The position numbers and the translations under genes are program-made. Shown here one piece after another: positions 14,140-28,994 of a DNA stretch of 64,000 nucleotides (position 1 is the first letter of the stretch; the number at the start of each line of letters is the position of its first letter). Below the pieces are notes generated by a model. That model saw nothing but the letters and a program-made list of their open reading frames with translations, made no database searches and was not told the origin of the DNA. Source of the stretch: Octopus vulgaris (lineage: Eukaryota); the NCBI GenBank assembly GCA_951406725.2, contig OX597819.1, forward strand, positions 84,506,001 through 84,570,000. Direction: 5' to 3'.

Positions 14140-15843
14140 TAAAATTTTTAATTAAAATCATCTTTTGTTCAAAATTAATAAAGTATTTTTTAAATTACCA
14201 TGATGCAAAACAACTCTGACTTCAGTTAGATATTTAATGTTAAGATGAATTTTGATTTATAAAATAGAATTTTGGTTTATAAAGTATTTGAGTTGTGAGT
14301 ACATTTGGTCAATAGAAACTGAAAGAAGCCCATCATATATTTGTAGTGGACTCTTCTATCATATGCTGAACAACCTACATAGATGATTTGTATATAGTGA
14401 TCAAATGTTCATGTTGTACATGAGCTCACTCACTCTATTAAATTGATATTACCTGAACAGGTGCACTCAAATGTTGAAGTGATTGCAGAGCAACAGAATG
14501 AAATGAAGCATTTCGCTCAAGAACGCAACTTGATGGTTGTAAATTAGCATCATTGTCATTCATTTCAATTCCTCTGTGGAAAACAGATTTGGCCATGAGG
14601 AAATATTATCAATCCAGGGTGGTGGATTGGTATGACTATAAGGTGAGATTCCTTGTGGTATCTATTCTGGCTCTTTGCGTTCTGACAACAGTGTTTGCTA
14701 CAACTTTGGTGTTAAACTGTATCAGCTCAAGTTGACAGCATTTCCATTAGACAAATATCAGTGATGTGGAGAGGGATAACTTGCATGCATGGACTACTGC
14801 TAGTCTTCCATAAAATATCTTGTCCGTGAGCAGTTACATGGTTGACTTTGACCCTATAAGTACTCATAATTTGCATATATGTTAATAAGCACAAACATGG
14901 TTGTTTGGCTAAAATGCTTGCTTCTCAACCATGTGGTTTTGGGTTCCATCCCACGATGTCACACCTTGAGCAAGTGTCTTCTACTATAGCCCCAGGCAAA
15001 CCAAAGTGTTGTAAGTGGATTTGGTTGACAGAAACTGAAAGAGGCTTGTCATACAAGGCATGGCTGTGTGATAAGAAGTTTGCTTCTCAACCACATGATT
15101 CCAGGTTCAGTCCCACTGTGAGGCACCTTGGGCAAATGTCTTCTGCTATGACCTCAGGCTGACCAAAGCTTTGTGAGTAGATTTGGTAGATGGAAACTGA
15201 AAGAAGCCTGTTGTGTATATATGTGTGTGTCTGTGTTTCTTCTCCATCATCATTTGACAGCTCGCATTGGTGTATTTATGTCCCTATTGCTTTGCAGTTT
15301 GGCAAAGAGACTGATAGAATAAGTACTAGGCTCACAAAAAATAAGTCCTGGGGTCAAATTATTTGACACAAACAATTCAAGGTGGTGTTCCAGCATGGCT
15401 GCAGTCAAATAACTGAAACAAATAAAAGTATAGAAAGAATAAAAGAATACATATGTATATATGCCCACTTGCATGCACGCGTGTGCATGTGCACGTGTAC
15501 CTTTGTTTTGACATCATGATTGCAAAAGATCATCACCATCATAAAAGCAAGGTTGTTTGCTTCCAGTTTTCCATGAGAAATATTTCTGGCCATGAGGAAT
15601 TATTATTTTGCTTTGAAACAGGTGAGGTTTGATGACAAGAAACACATTCACTCTTAGAAAATCTGTCTGAACCATGCAAGCATGGAAAAGGGAACATGAA
15701 ATCTTGATGATGGTAGTGTTGATGATGCTGGTGATGAATGCTTATTCTGTATAGTTTTGTAATATTTCATTAACAGTATTTTAACTGGGTTTGTATTAAT
15801 ATTATTGTTATTATTATTATTATTATTATTACTTTATTTTTAG

Positions 15844-16012
15844 TCTTACCGGTTTCGCGGTAGTCAAGAGATCCGTCTTGTTTGTAATGGCTTTTACCCA
15901 GAGATCCATGTTATGGATCCATTTGGATTTGAGATAATCTTCTCCTTACATTCCAAAGTTACTCCAAATTGGATCAGTGCATGCTGCATTTTAAGACCAG
16001 TGAAAGGAGAGG
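15844..16012 (+). CDS. WDR7: WDR7 coding exon 4
   Basis: tttttag|SYRFRGSQEIRLVCNGFYPEIHVMDPFGFEIIFSLHSKVTPNWISACCILRPVKGE|gtaagt; 169 nt, ends phase 1; matches RLLCHGHYPEILVVD...SKISPDWIS. Confidence 0.95.
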
Positions 16013-16123
16013 GTAAGTAAAGTTATTTTCTTTTATATATCAAGTGTAGTATTAAGAATTTGATGTTATACAACTTTAGCTAAATTTTAATTGTAAAAAA
16101 AAAAATCTTTACAAATTTTTCAG

Positions 16124-16194
16124 ATGATGTGGTAGTAGCAGTTTCTAATTCAGGTGCTGTTAAAGTTTGGAGTCTGTCTGGTGAAGAATCTAAG
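16124..16194 (+). CDS. WDR7: WDR7 coding exon 5
   Basis: ttttcag|(D)DVVVAVSNSGAVKVWSLSGEESK|gtgagt; 71 nt, phase 1 to 0; matches EDTVVALSVTGILKVW. Confidence 0.95.
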
Positions 16195-17471
16195 GTGAGT
16201 TCTGTGAATTTGTTGCTCTTAGTTATACTCAGGAGGTACAGATGTGGCTGTGTTGTTGAAAAACTTGCTTCTCAACCTTGTAGTTTCAGATGTAGCTCCA
16301 CTATGTGAAACCTTGGACAAGTGTCTTCTACTATAGCTGCAGTTTGACCAAAGCCTCATGAGTCTTGTGAGGGAATTTGAGAGAGGGAAACTGAAAGAAG
16401 CCCATCACATACAGTGTGTGTGTGTGTACCCTTGTCTTGGCATCACTTGGTTGTTGCAGATGAGCATCACTCTCATAAAAATGATGTCCCTTTCCATTAT
16501 TTTGTGAAAAATATGTCTGCCCATATTACCTTGCTAGGAAACGGGTGAGGGCTGACACCAAAAAAGGCATCAAGCCATAGAAAATCTAACTTAATAAATT
16601 CTGTCTGAGACATGCAAACCTAGAAAAGTGGATGTTAAAAGCAATGATGATGATTATTATTCTTGTGCACAAACCTTTATAAACATTTAATTTATTTACT
16701 AAGTTTTTCTCAGTTGATGATCCAGAGCTTTATACAAGTTTATAGTTTCGTAAAATATCTTTGTTTACCAAAGTTATTCTCACTTTAGTTTGAAACTGGA
16801 TACAAATGTTAATTTGTTTTATCAATATCCCAGATGTTTAAAGTATTTTGAATAATTAACACATCTTTTATAGTTGTTATTAGTTATTAGTTACTAAACT
16901 TTAAAAAGATTATTTACTTTTGTGCATTGGGGAAATAAAAAAAACATATGATGTTTCGTATTTTTGGAAAAAAAAAGAAAAAATTTAAAGACTATTTACA
17001 ACGTATTTTCAATAGTGTCTACACTCTGACAAAAACAAAATATCCATTATGAAATGTTAAATTTGTCTTCAATGCCATAGGAATTATTGGCTTCATTAAC
17101 TTACAACCACACTTCCTTTTCTGTTCTAGCTTATTTAACCAAGATGAAAGTTTTGAAAGTAATAGCAAATATCAGGACAAATAAAAAAAACAAGCAAAAA
17201 TAACAACCTTCCCTCCCTCCAAAACAAACATTATAATGCTCTGAATAATATTCTTTTTTTTTTTAAGACTTGCTTTCTTTGAGGAATAACTAACTTTGAC
17301 TATTTACAGAAACATAAGTAATTAAAGTTGGTACTGGTGTATGCTTCCCAGCCACATGGTTCTATGTCAGACCCCTGTGTAGCACCTTAGGCAAATGTCT
17401 TTTATAGCTCCAGGCCAACAAAAACCTTGCTAGTGGATTCGGTAGACAGAAACTGAAAGAGCTCATTATAT

Positions 17472-17515
<44 letters not shown>

Positions 17516-18382
17516 CTTTGACTAGATATCATGTAATGGTTGTAAATAAGTATCATCATCATATGAGGTCGTTCATTTCTAGTCACCTGTGAAAAATATG
17601 TCTGGCGATGGGAAAACATTGCCTTGCTTAGAAAAAGGTGAGGGTCAGCAACAGAAAGGGCATCCAACTATAGAAAAATCTGCCTTCATAAATTCCATTT
17701 GACCATGCAAGAATTGAAAAGTGTATGTTAAACGATAATGATGATGACCTATTTCAAAAACTACATCTATATTAATTACTTTTTTGTCTCTAAATGTTAA
17801 TTTACAAATCCTCTATTATAAGCCTGAGGAAATGTCTAAGAATTTGAAAACAAATTAAAGAATAAATTAGATGCAGTTTGTGCTGAGAAGAACATTTCAT
17901 TGCTCTTGATTTACTCACAACATTTTTTTGTAACAATATTCTATGCTCAAGAAGACCTGCCCACCACAACAGAATTGAAATCCTTAAACTAAGCTGCTAC
18001 ATAAAAAGCATTGGTGTGGGTGATGGTGCCAAGTAAAAATCACCCAGTATACTTTGTAAAGTGGGTGACATTAAGAAGGGCATCCAGCCATAGAAACCAG
18101 GCCAAATCAGACCATGGGACCTGGTGCAACTCCTGGCCTTGCCAGTTCCTGTGAAGTCATCCAACCCATGCCAGCATGGAAAATGGACAGTAAATGTTGA
18201 TGATGATCATGATTCAGTTTTCCACTAAATCAGATTAAATAAGGTATATTAAACATGTCAATCATTAAAATTGATGCTACAGATCTGTGCATGCATGACT
18301 TGTTAGCTGTGTTTGTCATCAAATTACAAAAGCAGATGCTTTCAGCTTCATTTACCAATTTTAACTCTTTTTCATTCACCAG

Positions 18383-18499
18383 CTAAAGCCTGTTTATGAA
18401 GATGAATCTAAGCAGATTCGTTGTTTAAATGCCCAAACACTGCGTTGCTGCCCATACAATCAGAGAACAGTTTTGATTGTCTGTTCTAAATCCTGGCAG
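18383..18499 (+). CDS. WDR7: WDR7 coding exon 6
   Basis: tcaccag|LKPVYEDESKQIRCLNAQTLRCCPYNQRTVLIVCSKSWQ|gtgagt; 117 nt, phase 0-0; matches PIFEEESKPIYC...QRSLLVVCSKYW. Confidence 0.95.
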
Positions 18500-21400
18500 G
18501 TGAGTTACATATTCCATTTATTACTTCAAACAGAATTGTCCAATATATATATATAAGTACACTTCTACATACATACAATCATAAATCTTGTCTGCAGTTT
18601 TAATGTAATATTGTCATATTGCTGACTGTTATATCTCTTCCCTTCCACCCTGCCAAAAACTATGTTTTTTCCCTCTTGATGCTTTACTTTGTTGACTGAA
18701 CATGTAAAACATGGGAAAGTGAATTTTTGTTTCTAATTGTTTTGATTTGTTGTTTAGTAGTTATTTTTTTTCTTAAATATATTTCATTTTCAATATTACT
18801 GATGTGCATGTGCACATGTATGAACAAACATATGCACCATGCACAGAGACTATTAAAATCATGTGTGCATGTGGCTTTCACTTATATAGAAGTGTTTGCA
18901 ATCTTGAAGATGTCACACATAGGAATACACATGTAGGTGTGTGTGTGTGCTTATTTTCATATACACGTTACTTGAGCACAACTTTACATGAATGTTAATT
19001 ATTTGTTTCAATTACTTATCAGTAATATCTGTTGTTTAATGGATTATCAGTAGGCTTGTTTCATTTGTTAAAATAAAATGTCAGGAAAAGGAATTTGAAT
19101 TTAGATGTGTGGTTTTGTTTTTTTTTTAATTTCACATTCATGAAATTTTCAATCAAAATGGACTGAAGTGGCTTATCTGAAGAAAAAAATATACTGAGAT
19201 TATAAATTCTAACTTGAATCAAAGATTAAGAAAATGATAATAATATGAAATTTAATCTATAAAAAAATTAAAGTATTTTTATGTATTTTGCTTCAAGTTT
19301 GGATTTCAATTCCAAATGTTTTTTTCTCAGATATTGGTTTATAAAAGTATTTCAATTTTAACATATTAAAATTAAAAACTAACAAAACTAAGTAAAACTT
19401 TGTGTGACAAAAACAAAAAAAAACATTGATCCGATAGTTAAAATTATTAGAAAATTTTTTCACTTCTTTTGAAATGTAGCTATTTATTCAGCTAAAAATC
19501 CTCCTGATATGTCTTTGGTTTTTGTTTATTGATATGTCCTTCAGTACATAGTCTCAATTTAAAAATCGTTGGCATTTCTATTTTGTATGTAGCTCTGATG
19601 TAAAGCCATCTTTAGTAGTAACATGAGTAACTTTTCTATACTTTTGGCACAAATGATAAAAGTTGATTGTACATAAAAGCATGATAAAGGCTGATTGAAT
19701 TATCAATCACAAGGATTGGATTTATATTATATACTGTATGCTCCATTCCAATCATTATCTTGCCTGACTGTCTTCAGATGTTATATTTATTATGTGGGAC
19801 AGAAGTTACAAGGAAAATGTAATCTAGCATCTAAAGATAATTGGTGAATTTATTCATTTAAACATAAATTTAAATGAAAAGGTGCAGAAGCTAAAGTGGT
19901 TAATTCAATAAGACTTTACAACTCTTTTTTTGTTCATGTGCCTTATGTATCCCAACCATATATCTTATGCAGCAAAATATAAATCAATCTAAATTTTGTA
20001 ACTCTAGGGTGAACATATTTTACTAGAGTTCAAAATGTTAATTCATTTTTGTGTATATGCTCTCTCACATGGATAATTCTTCTAAGCCATTCTCAGTGTC
20101 TGTTCTGTGTTTCAAAGGATTCTAAAATATCTGTCAATGGTTTAAGAGTAAATAGAAATGTTTGCATTTTTTTTTTCCTAATAAAATTTTGTCATTGCCA
20201 CTTTCTTCTAATATCTTTAACCCCTTTGTTATCATATTTCTTTTGAAATATACTGCCTTTATTTCTATTGATTTGAATATCATAAATAATTTAGTAAAAT
20301 AATTTTGGCACTTTAATCTGGTATTTAAGGTGGCAAGCTAGCAGGATTGTTAGCTGCATTTCAGCCATCATTATATTTTGAATTCAAATTCCATCAAGGT
20401 CAATTTTGCCTTTCATCCTTTTAGGATTGATAAAATAAGTACCAGTTGAGCAGTGGGGGCAATGTAATCAACTTACCTCATCCCTCGAAGTTGCTAGCCT
20501 TTTGATTTGCTGTTAGTAGTTTTTTTTTTCTTAAGTATATTTCATTTTCAATATTACTGATGTGTATGTGCACACGTATGCACATGCATATGCACCATGC
20601 ACAGAGGTTGGTTTTAAATGGTTAAAATTTGATGGTATTGTAAGAAATCTTCTAACATCAAATTGAACACATTTTTTAAACATCTACCTCTGTTTATAAG
20701 TCAACTTCTCTGTCATTGTACAATGGTAATTCATCAATCTTGGTTAGAATACCTCAGCCAACTAGGATACACTGTGAATCTTCTTTGTCATTACCATCAT
20801 ATTTGCTATAGTTTACTGTCAAGTTTCCTGTGCTCATATGGTTTAAGGAGTTCTACATAGCAGATTATGCCTGTACACTTTAATTATGGGTCATTCTATC
20901 TGCAAGTCTCAATTTATTTCACAATAAATGTCTCTTTGTTTAAATGTGTTCTTGCTATGATGTTTCAGTTCATGGACCTTCTTTGTATCTATGTACATTA
21001 CATAAGTACCAACCAATTGTTTTCTTAGTTTATTCTCTGCCTTTCTCTAAGTATTGAAACCCAATATTATTATGATATCAGACTGTCAATCAACATGTCT
21101 ATTGCTCATAATCCCTCATTAAAAACAGTGCATCTCATTTGTGTAGCTGTATAATTGATAAATGTTGCTTTACTTGCAGTATTAAAAGTCACCCTTATAA
21201 TCTTCATTTATTGTGAGATTGACTCCAATTTGTTCACTTTTTCTAACTATTCTTGTGAGGATAGATTTTATGAGTGTTTTGTGGGTTTCATGTAGTCTAT
21301 CTTAAATTCATCACAAGTGCTGTGCTTATAAGAAAAATGTAGAAACATCTAAGAACACAGATGACATGTATATGAACTCAACAGTTTGTATACAGCCCTC

Positions 21401-23175
21401 TCATCACTACAAGTTTGTATTTACATTTTCACTTTTCACAACAATAAAGCATCATACTTTCGCATTACATAAAAATTATGTTTCATGCTGATGTCATCAC
21501 TGGGTCAAACTTGCTTGGATTTCCAACATCTCTTTCGTCTCTGTCTTCCATAGGATGTGACATCTAGTGTCATTTATTAACTGATTGATGTATGCCTTCA
21601 CAATGCAATTGTAACCATGCTGAGGTGTCAAAAGTAGGGTGACACTAAACCAGCTCCTTACTTCTCTAACAGTGTCCAGCAAAGTGAAATCTTATGCAGA
21701 TATATTACTGCTAACATAGCTCCCTTTATCAAGGGCTGTTAGTGAGTCATTGTGACATGCCATGATCTGTAGACTCAGAATAGATATTTTTCAAAGTGAC
21801 TGTCATATAATAATTTTTAAGCTTGATGAATGCATGTCATTCTGAAACAGCTATATTATAGATCACTGAAAACTTATCTGTATTCATAATTTTTAAAATT
21901 TTGCTGATGCATTAAAAATTTGTTTTTCAACATGAAACTCATAAATCACAATTTTTCTCATTGTGTATATAGTTTAAACTTCAATTTTTGATAATTGCAT
22001 ACTTTTCTTAATTGATAACTTTAACGTTCACAATTTTCTATTGTAAAATGGTATTTGATGCTCATAAATTGTTGATTCATTTAGAGATTTATTGAAATTC
22101 TACTATATTCCATGCATCCCCCTTAAGATATACTTATATACATAATATCAATATTCCTTTCACTCCTATAGTCTTTTTTATGGCCCTTTCTCTCATCTTT
22201 AACTTTATACTTGTCAAGGAATTGCTCAAGCCTTACTAAAGAATTTAATGAAATATGTTTACTTGCATGTCTCCATTTCAAGCCTTTTCCAAGTTTTATA
22301 TATCATGCAGCCTCCCTGGCTAAACTCTAGAATAGAAACCAGATGATCTGTGTACATAATTTGTCAAATCCTGTGCCAAATCTCATATTCTTTCATCAGG
22401 ATTTCTAGAGCAAAATTGAAGAATTTGTGTTGAGGTCAGTGTCGTAAGAAGCATTTGCATAGTTTTAAAATTCTAACAAGAATAGATTTCCATGACTCAT
22501 CAGATTTCTTCATCAAATATCACTTTTAAATCAATAAATATAAGATAAAACTAGTCATTTCTTTTCAAGCTGTTCAAGATAGATTTCTGTGATGTTTAGA
22601 TATTTCTTTAACAAAAATTATAGTTTCCGATTAAGATGCTATTTTATCTGAAGTAATGAGCATTTTTTGATTTTTCTTTAGTTATGAGCTAAAAATTTGC
22701 CACATGGAAGAGTCATTTTGGTTATTTAAGAACACACAAAAATTGTTATATTTATGAGCTGATTCTTTATCAGTAAACAAATTGGATATATAAGTTTTAT
22801 ATACATATTGCTTATATTTAAATGAATCATATGTGTTACTACTATTGCTTATGAGATTTCTTCAGTTAACTTGATTCAGTGTTCATGGGTACTTTATTTA
22901 TTCATTTCCCAAGATTAACTCTAATATCACGCTACATGTATGGATGACTTGTTTTTTTTTCTTAATGTAGATGTAATGAATTTTTGCTACATATCTGTTT
23001 CTTTTTCTTTTTACAATTGTATTTCTTAAAAACAAGTTTTTCATTTGTTCTGATTTTCATTTGTTCTGATTTGCTACCTTAGTTCAAGAACATTATTTAT
23101 CTCTGAAATTCTGAGAAAATACTTTTTCTTTAATTGAATATGATGTGAAGCAATTTAGAAAGATGTATGTATGCT

Positions 23176-23223
<48 letters not shown>

Positions 23224-23387
23224 CACACACACACACACTTACACACACACACACATGTATATATATAGACATACACATACATGCTCACACATGTATGTAT
23301 ATGTATGTGTATACACACACACACACACACACATCAGAATAAAGACAAACCAAATGTTGATATTTTGATATTTTAATATATTTAATA

Positions 23388-23907
23388 CAAGGTTTGATCA
23401 AAAAAGTATTGGGGCTGTTGCTATGGTAACAAACTAAAGTACACAGAACAAAGCTGCTTGTCACAGATTCACCTTGAACTCTGTTGCATATGCATGCTAA
23501 GTTATAACATTCTCACCCACTTCTGTTGTTTTTTAGCAGTGCTTGGAAGTAAAGTGTGCAGTGTGTGGTTGTCTGACCACACCACAGAGGTTCCACCAGT
23601 GACCATGGTAGGACAAAAAATGAGCAGAGAATCTGCATCAACAAGATTTCAAGACATTTGAGATTTCAAGAGCAGAGAATTTGCATTGAGATTTCAAGAT
23701 GTTGATAAAATCTAAAAAGATGTGCTGAGGCAGCTGCTTGCTCTCCTGAAAAAGGAATTTCAGGAACACTTCCCTTAATAGAAATGCCACTTGATAAAGG
23801 GTTTTCTTCAGAAGGGGACTACTTCAAAGGAGATTAAATGCTGAATTGATGTGTGTTGTAGTTTTCTTTTTATAGAACCAGTTACAATACTTTTTTATCA
23901 GACCTTG
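23388..23907 (+). mobile_element. Internally deleted mariner element
   Basis: TA|caaggtttgatcaaaaaagtattg ... caatacttttttatcagaccttg|TA TIRs; EQRICI N-terminal and SEGDYFKGD* C-terminal remnants. Confidence 0.8.
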
Positions 23908-26725
23908 TACATGTGTTTCCAGTAGTTGTGCAAGACAGTTCTTCGCTGCTCATTAGCTCACTCTCTCCTCGAAATTAACATTGCTTGTACAGATGCACTG
24001 TATGCCACACATCAGATGTGAAAGTAATTGCAGAGCAATGTGAAACAAAGTGTTTTGCTCAAGAATACAATGCACTGCCTGGTCTGGGAATCAAAACCAC
24101 AATCATACAATTTTGAGTGCAACTCTCCAGCCACTAGGTCACATGTGTGTGTGTGTGTGTGTTTGTAGTGACATAAGATGGTTGTAAACAAGGGTCACTG
24201 TCATACAAGCAGTGTTGTTTCTTTCCATTCTCCTGTGAATATTACCTTGCTTGGAAACAGGTGAAGGTTGATAAGAAGACATCCATTCATAGAATATTTG
24301 CCTCATCAAATTCCATCTCACTCATGCACAGAAAAATGGACAGTAAAATGATGATGAGGAGGAGGAGGGTGATGGTACACACATATTCATTGATATAGGT
24401 TTTACAGCAGATTTTACATGGTAGTTTGGAGTAGATGAAACATTATCGAGGCATTGTTTACCTACCAGACATAAATATATGTACATTTGTTTTAATATAT
24501 ATATATTCAGATTATATAAGATAACTAGGAAGAAGATAAGATGGTAGTGATGGGGTGCTAGAACAAACCTTAAGGAGCTAGATAGGATATGGGTAATGAA
24601 GCAAGGGGGTCAAGTTAATTCATATTATATTTTCTTAATGTTTGATTTGCGTCAAAAGAGTCTCTTTGGTCAGGTGACATGTCATGTTATCAGCATATTT
24701 GTAAATATTTTGCTCAACTATAGCAATTAATGCTGATAGTACATGGAAATTGACTACACTTATTTTTTTTTTTAGAATGAGGTGATGACACCAAAAATCA
24801 ATGTTTGATTAGCTGGGTTCCTTTTTGAACTCCTCCCACAATTGATATAATCAAAGTGTATTCTTCCCAAAGTTTCCTAGGAATCAATTTTATAGGCAGT
24901 TGAGTTTTTCCTTTCAATGTTTCAGAATACTTGATGAAATCACAGGTAAATTTTGGCATGTGTAATACACACATAGCAAATAAATTACCATGCTATAGAA
25001 ACATTTGTATCATGGATTAAACTATCACTATTCATTCATCTTCATTCATTATATTTCTTTAGTGCACAACATATGTAACTAATGTTGTTAGAATGATTGG
25101 AGTTGTAGAATACCTAATATCATTAAACAGCTCTGATTATGTTGCTTAATCTTGTAATTGGATCGTGTAAGGGAGATTTTAATTTTTTGTAGAGTTTACA
25201 CCACTAGCCATTTACATGCCAGAAGCTACTGAACTAATAAGCATGATTGGCAAGATTCAAATCAGTTGATATATGTGTACTTATCTGTATACATTTATGA
25301 ATATATATACATTTATAAGTATAATATTAAGTATGTTATAGAAAGTATGGGGTATTTACGGAGTGCTCGTAGAGAGCCAGTGTGAAATAATACAATGTGG
25401 AGGAAAATGAAAACACAAATCCTAGGCAGTCAACCAAATTCCTGAATGCATAAAAGAAGATATTCAATCAATGTAATTGAATCATATTATACACATCAAC
25501 ATAATACATGCATGTATAGGCATAAAGATTCTCCACTGGTATAAAGAATAAAACCAAACATACATAAAAATATAAGAGAGATATAAAAGCATATAAAAAT
25601 ACATATAAAATCACATATAAATAAGGATTACATATAAAAAGTTATGCATAATAAATACAGGAGGCACAAAACGAATGAGAGGTTGATAAATATAGGAATA
25701 AAAATGTCAATCTTTAAAATGGCAGACTGCTTAAATCATCTAAAATTTCTAATGCATCTAAGATATGCAATAAAAGTGACACAAGATATCAAGGTTAAGA
25801 ACAGTAAATAAAATGGGTCCGAAAAATAGGACGGTGTTTCATATATGGCCATTTCAGGGATACATTACCGGTCAGGGTAAATCCTTAAATCCTTAAAAAT
25901 GTTTTAGCCCGAAGGCTGCAGCCATGCCGGGGCACCATACCTAATTTTTGGATCCTTTTTATTTACATGCATATTTATACATACATATACATACATATTT
26001 ATATATATGTGCACAAACATGCACACATATACATAAGTGAAGAATGTTTATGGTTTATAATTATTTCAATAATGTGAGGCAATTATCACATACCAAGTCT
26101 ATACACACAGATGATAATGACAATTTGGTCATGCATATCATGTAATGTATGTTATATTATAGCACCAGCAGTTGTTTTTTCAGAACTGATTCAATATAGA
26201 TTACAGAGATACATTAGGCTGCTTGCTTAAGTGTAGGTCACCATTAATTAAAGTGGGTAGTAATATAATTTGAAATGATAACAGGATGAGGAAGGCCAGT
26301 CAAATGTATACAATGATTTTATAATTAGGAATCAGTTAGTTTGAAGCCGATATAAATCATTCAAGTTGAAGTACTGTCTTGGGGACTGATTGAAATGTAT
26401 CATGTTACATTCTCTGGTAGCATAAAAATTAATTGATCTAAATGACAGGCATATTGATTGCAGTTTGTATACTAATATTGTTGGTATGTGCTTGCACATA
26501 TAGACAGACAAGGCACATTTACTTATATGTGATGTACAATAAAATACACACACACAGAGGAAATTATTCTCTATACAATTTCAGATAGCCACTGATCATT
26601 AAATGCTTCCTTTGGTACACACCTGGATTGTCTACTCTCTTCCTGCATACTATGTGTGTGTGTGTGTGTGTGTGTATGCTTGTACATATATGTATACATG
26701 TATATAGGTGTATGAGTATATATAT

Positions 26726-26926
26726 ATCATCATCATCATCATCGTTTAACGTCCGCTTTCCATGCTAGCATGGGTTGGACGGTTCAACTGGGGTCTGGCA
26801 AGCCCGAAGGCTGCACCAGGCCAGTCAGATCTGGCAGTGTTTCTACAGCTGGATGCCCTTCCTAACGCCAACCACTCCGAGAGTGTAGTGGGTGATTTTA
26901 TGTGCCACCGACACAGGTGCCAGACG
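26726..26926 (-). mobile_element. Retroposon 3' end with (GAT)n tail (RTE-associated/SINE), young copy
   Basis: ggttggcgttaggaagggcatcc...ttaaacgatgatg on the minus strand; near-identical inverted copy at 33932-34129. Confidence 0.75.
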
Positions 26927-27155
26927 TATATATGTATTTATATATTTATAGATATGTATATATATATACAAGTATGTATACATACATATACATATGTATG
27001 TATATATATATGTATATATATGCATGTATAACTATGTATGTATATATACATATGTATGTGTGTATATATATATATATAAATATGTATATATACATATGAA
27101 TGTGTGTGTATATATATATATTATATATGTATGTATATATATATCATAAATATAT

Positions 27156-27189
<34 letters not shown>

Positions 27190-27190
<1 letters not shown>

Positions 27191-28059
27191 TAGCTGACTT
27201 ACCCGGTAATTCCTTGGAAAGCGAGGCTTATCCCTTGGTTCCGTTCTCATAATTGTTTCACTCATCCAATAGCAACAATACAAAGTATGTAGCCCTTAAA
27301 ACGGTTTATGTGCATCTACAAAGAATACCAAGCTGTCTTACATAGGATCTTGATTTTAGGAATTCCCAATAAGTTATGAATACCCAGATTGTGAAGTCAG
27401 TTATGTAATAACATGAAATTAGTTACCCAATAGTAAGAATTCAAATAAAGTAGCCCCAAAAAGTGCTTTAATGTGTTCCCAGAATATGTAGAACTTAGGA
27501 GGAAATACTAATAAGGTATGTATACTAAAATTGTGAAGCATGTTACGTAATAACAGGCTAATCAGATATGAGATAATAACAATTCAAAGTAAATAACTCT
27601 GAAAAGGGCTTTTGTGCATTCCCAGAGAATATTACCCTCAGCAGCGCTAGTGTTGATATATTCATGAATAAGTCACTAACCAAAATAAGTGGATCTATTG
27701 CTTAGGAAAATACCATTTACTTGCTTAAAAGTTGTACTGGATAAATTGCAAAAATAACTCTAACAGTTCAAATACTAAGACATAAGCATACTTAATTTGA
27801 TTTGTACCAAAAGATTTAGGAAAATGAAAAGGTTATTTCTCTTGGCTGTTAAACTGAAATATATTAGATATATATAAGAATCCCCTCTAGGTGCCCTATT
27901 ATCAATTTTTTTCAACAATCTGAGTATGCCATGAGGTTTCCAGACATGAGTTCTACTCACGTGTCAAGTTTCATCAAAATTGATAAAACAATCTAGGAGG
28001 AGTTAGCTAACAACTCCACAAAGACATCAACAAACAGAATTTCCCACATATGTAGTAGA
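27190..28059 (-). mobile_element. Probable non-autonomous Helitron-like element
   Basis: Minus strand starts A|TC and ends ...ccgggtaagtcagCTAG. Contains a caagtttcatcaaaat motif recalled from such elements and ~150-bp degenerate internal tandem units (27267, 27427, 27571). Confidence 0.5.
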
Positions 28060-28527
28060 TATATGTATGTGTGTGTGTGTGTGTGTGTATTTATTTGTAT
28101 GGTGCCACGAAAACATGCACCAGTTATGCCCCTTGAAATAGTTGGAATGTGGAATGGCATGCAAAAGCTGTAGCACTGGAGCAAAGCATGGTTCTGCAAC
28201 CTTTTCTTTCCTGTGAAATCACCTAATACCCTAACACATGCCAACATTGAGAGCAGACATGAAATGATAGTGACAATAGTAGTATATTATCTACAGCAAG
28301 CAGATGCAACCATGCACACACACACACACACACACACACTAACACACACATTCACATATGCTCACACAGACACATATGCAAGTACTTTATATTTCTTATT
28401 ATTTGCTGACTTAAATAATAATAATCATTCATGTATTTTTTTTTTTTTTCTGATTTATCTGATTCGCTTGCTTCAGTTTGAAGGATTTGCAATGTTCTTA
28501 ATTCTGTTGTCTATCAAATCTTTCAAG

Positions 28528-28578
28528 GTCTATAACTATGACCTGGCGGCCGGAGTGTCCGCAGCAAAAGACGCATTG
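28528..28578 (+). CDS. Candidate 51-nt cassette exon of WDR7 (VYNYDLAAGVSAAKDAL)
   Basis: tttcaag|GTC...TTG|gtaagc; 17 codons, open in phase 0 as required between exons 6 and 7; GC/CpG-rich island in AT-rich non-repeat sequence. No homology recognised. Confidence 0.5.
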
Positions 28579-28954
28579 GTAAGCTCTAACAATAGATGAT
28601 TGTAAACCTTCATACAGGTAGTTTGTAATGACTTGGCTATTGCATTGAACTTAATTTTAGAAAGCTGATTTGGTGTGAAATATTTGTTATAAATTGGGAT
28701 ATTCCCCCCCTAATTTCTTCCTTTGTGTGTCAATTGTGTAGCACTTTATTTTGTTGGGTTTGTTTTCCATCCCTCTAATTTCTTTTCCTTTCCTTTTTCT
28801 TCATAATTTCATTAAAAGTTAATGTATTTTGCATTTTTGACACTATTAAATTTAGTTTTTGTTTTTTTTTTCTTACGCTTTTACTGTCTAGAAGATAGAT
28901 TTATTTGTTTTCTTATATCATCATAATCAGTATTATTATATTTATTATTATTAC

Positions 28955-28994
<40 letters not shown>

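Noticed and set aside
23093-23368. ORFs rich in YI/HT/CV repeats (also near 26.9, 33.7, 52.0, 52.9 and 58.9 kb)
   Set aside because: Translations of (TA)n/(CA)n microsatellites and SINE bodies, not genes.
25815-25960. Minus-strand GAAACACCGUC with an apparent stem I partner across a SINE tail fragment
   Set aside because: CUGANGA half is missing; cannot be called a ribozyme.
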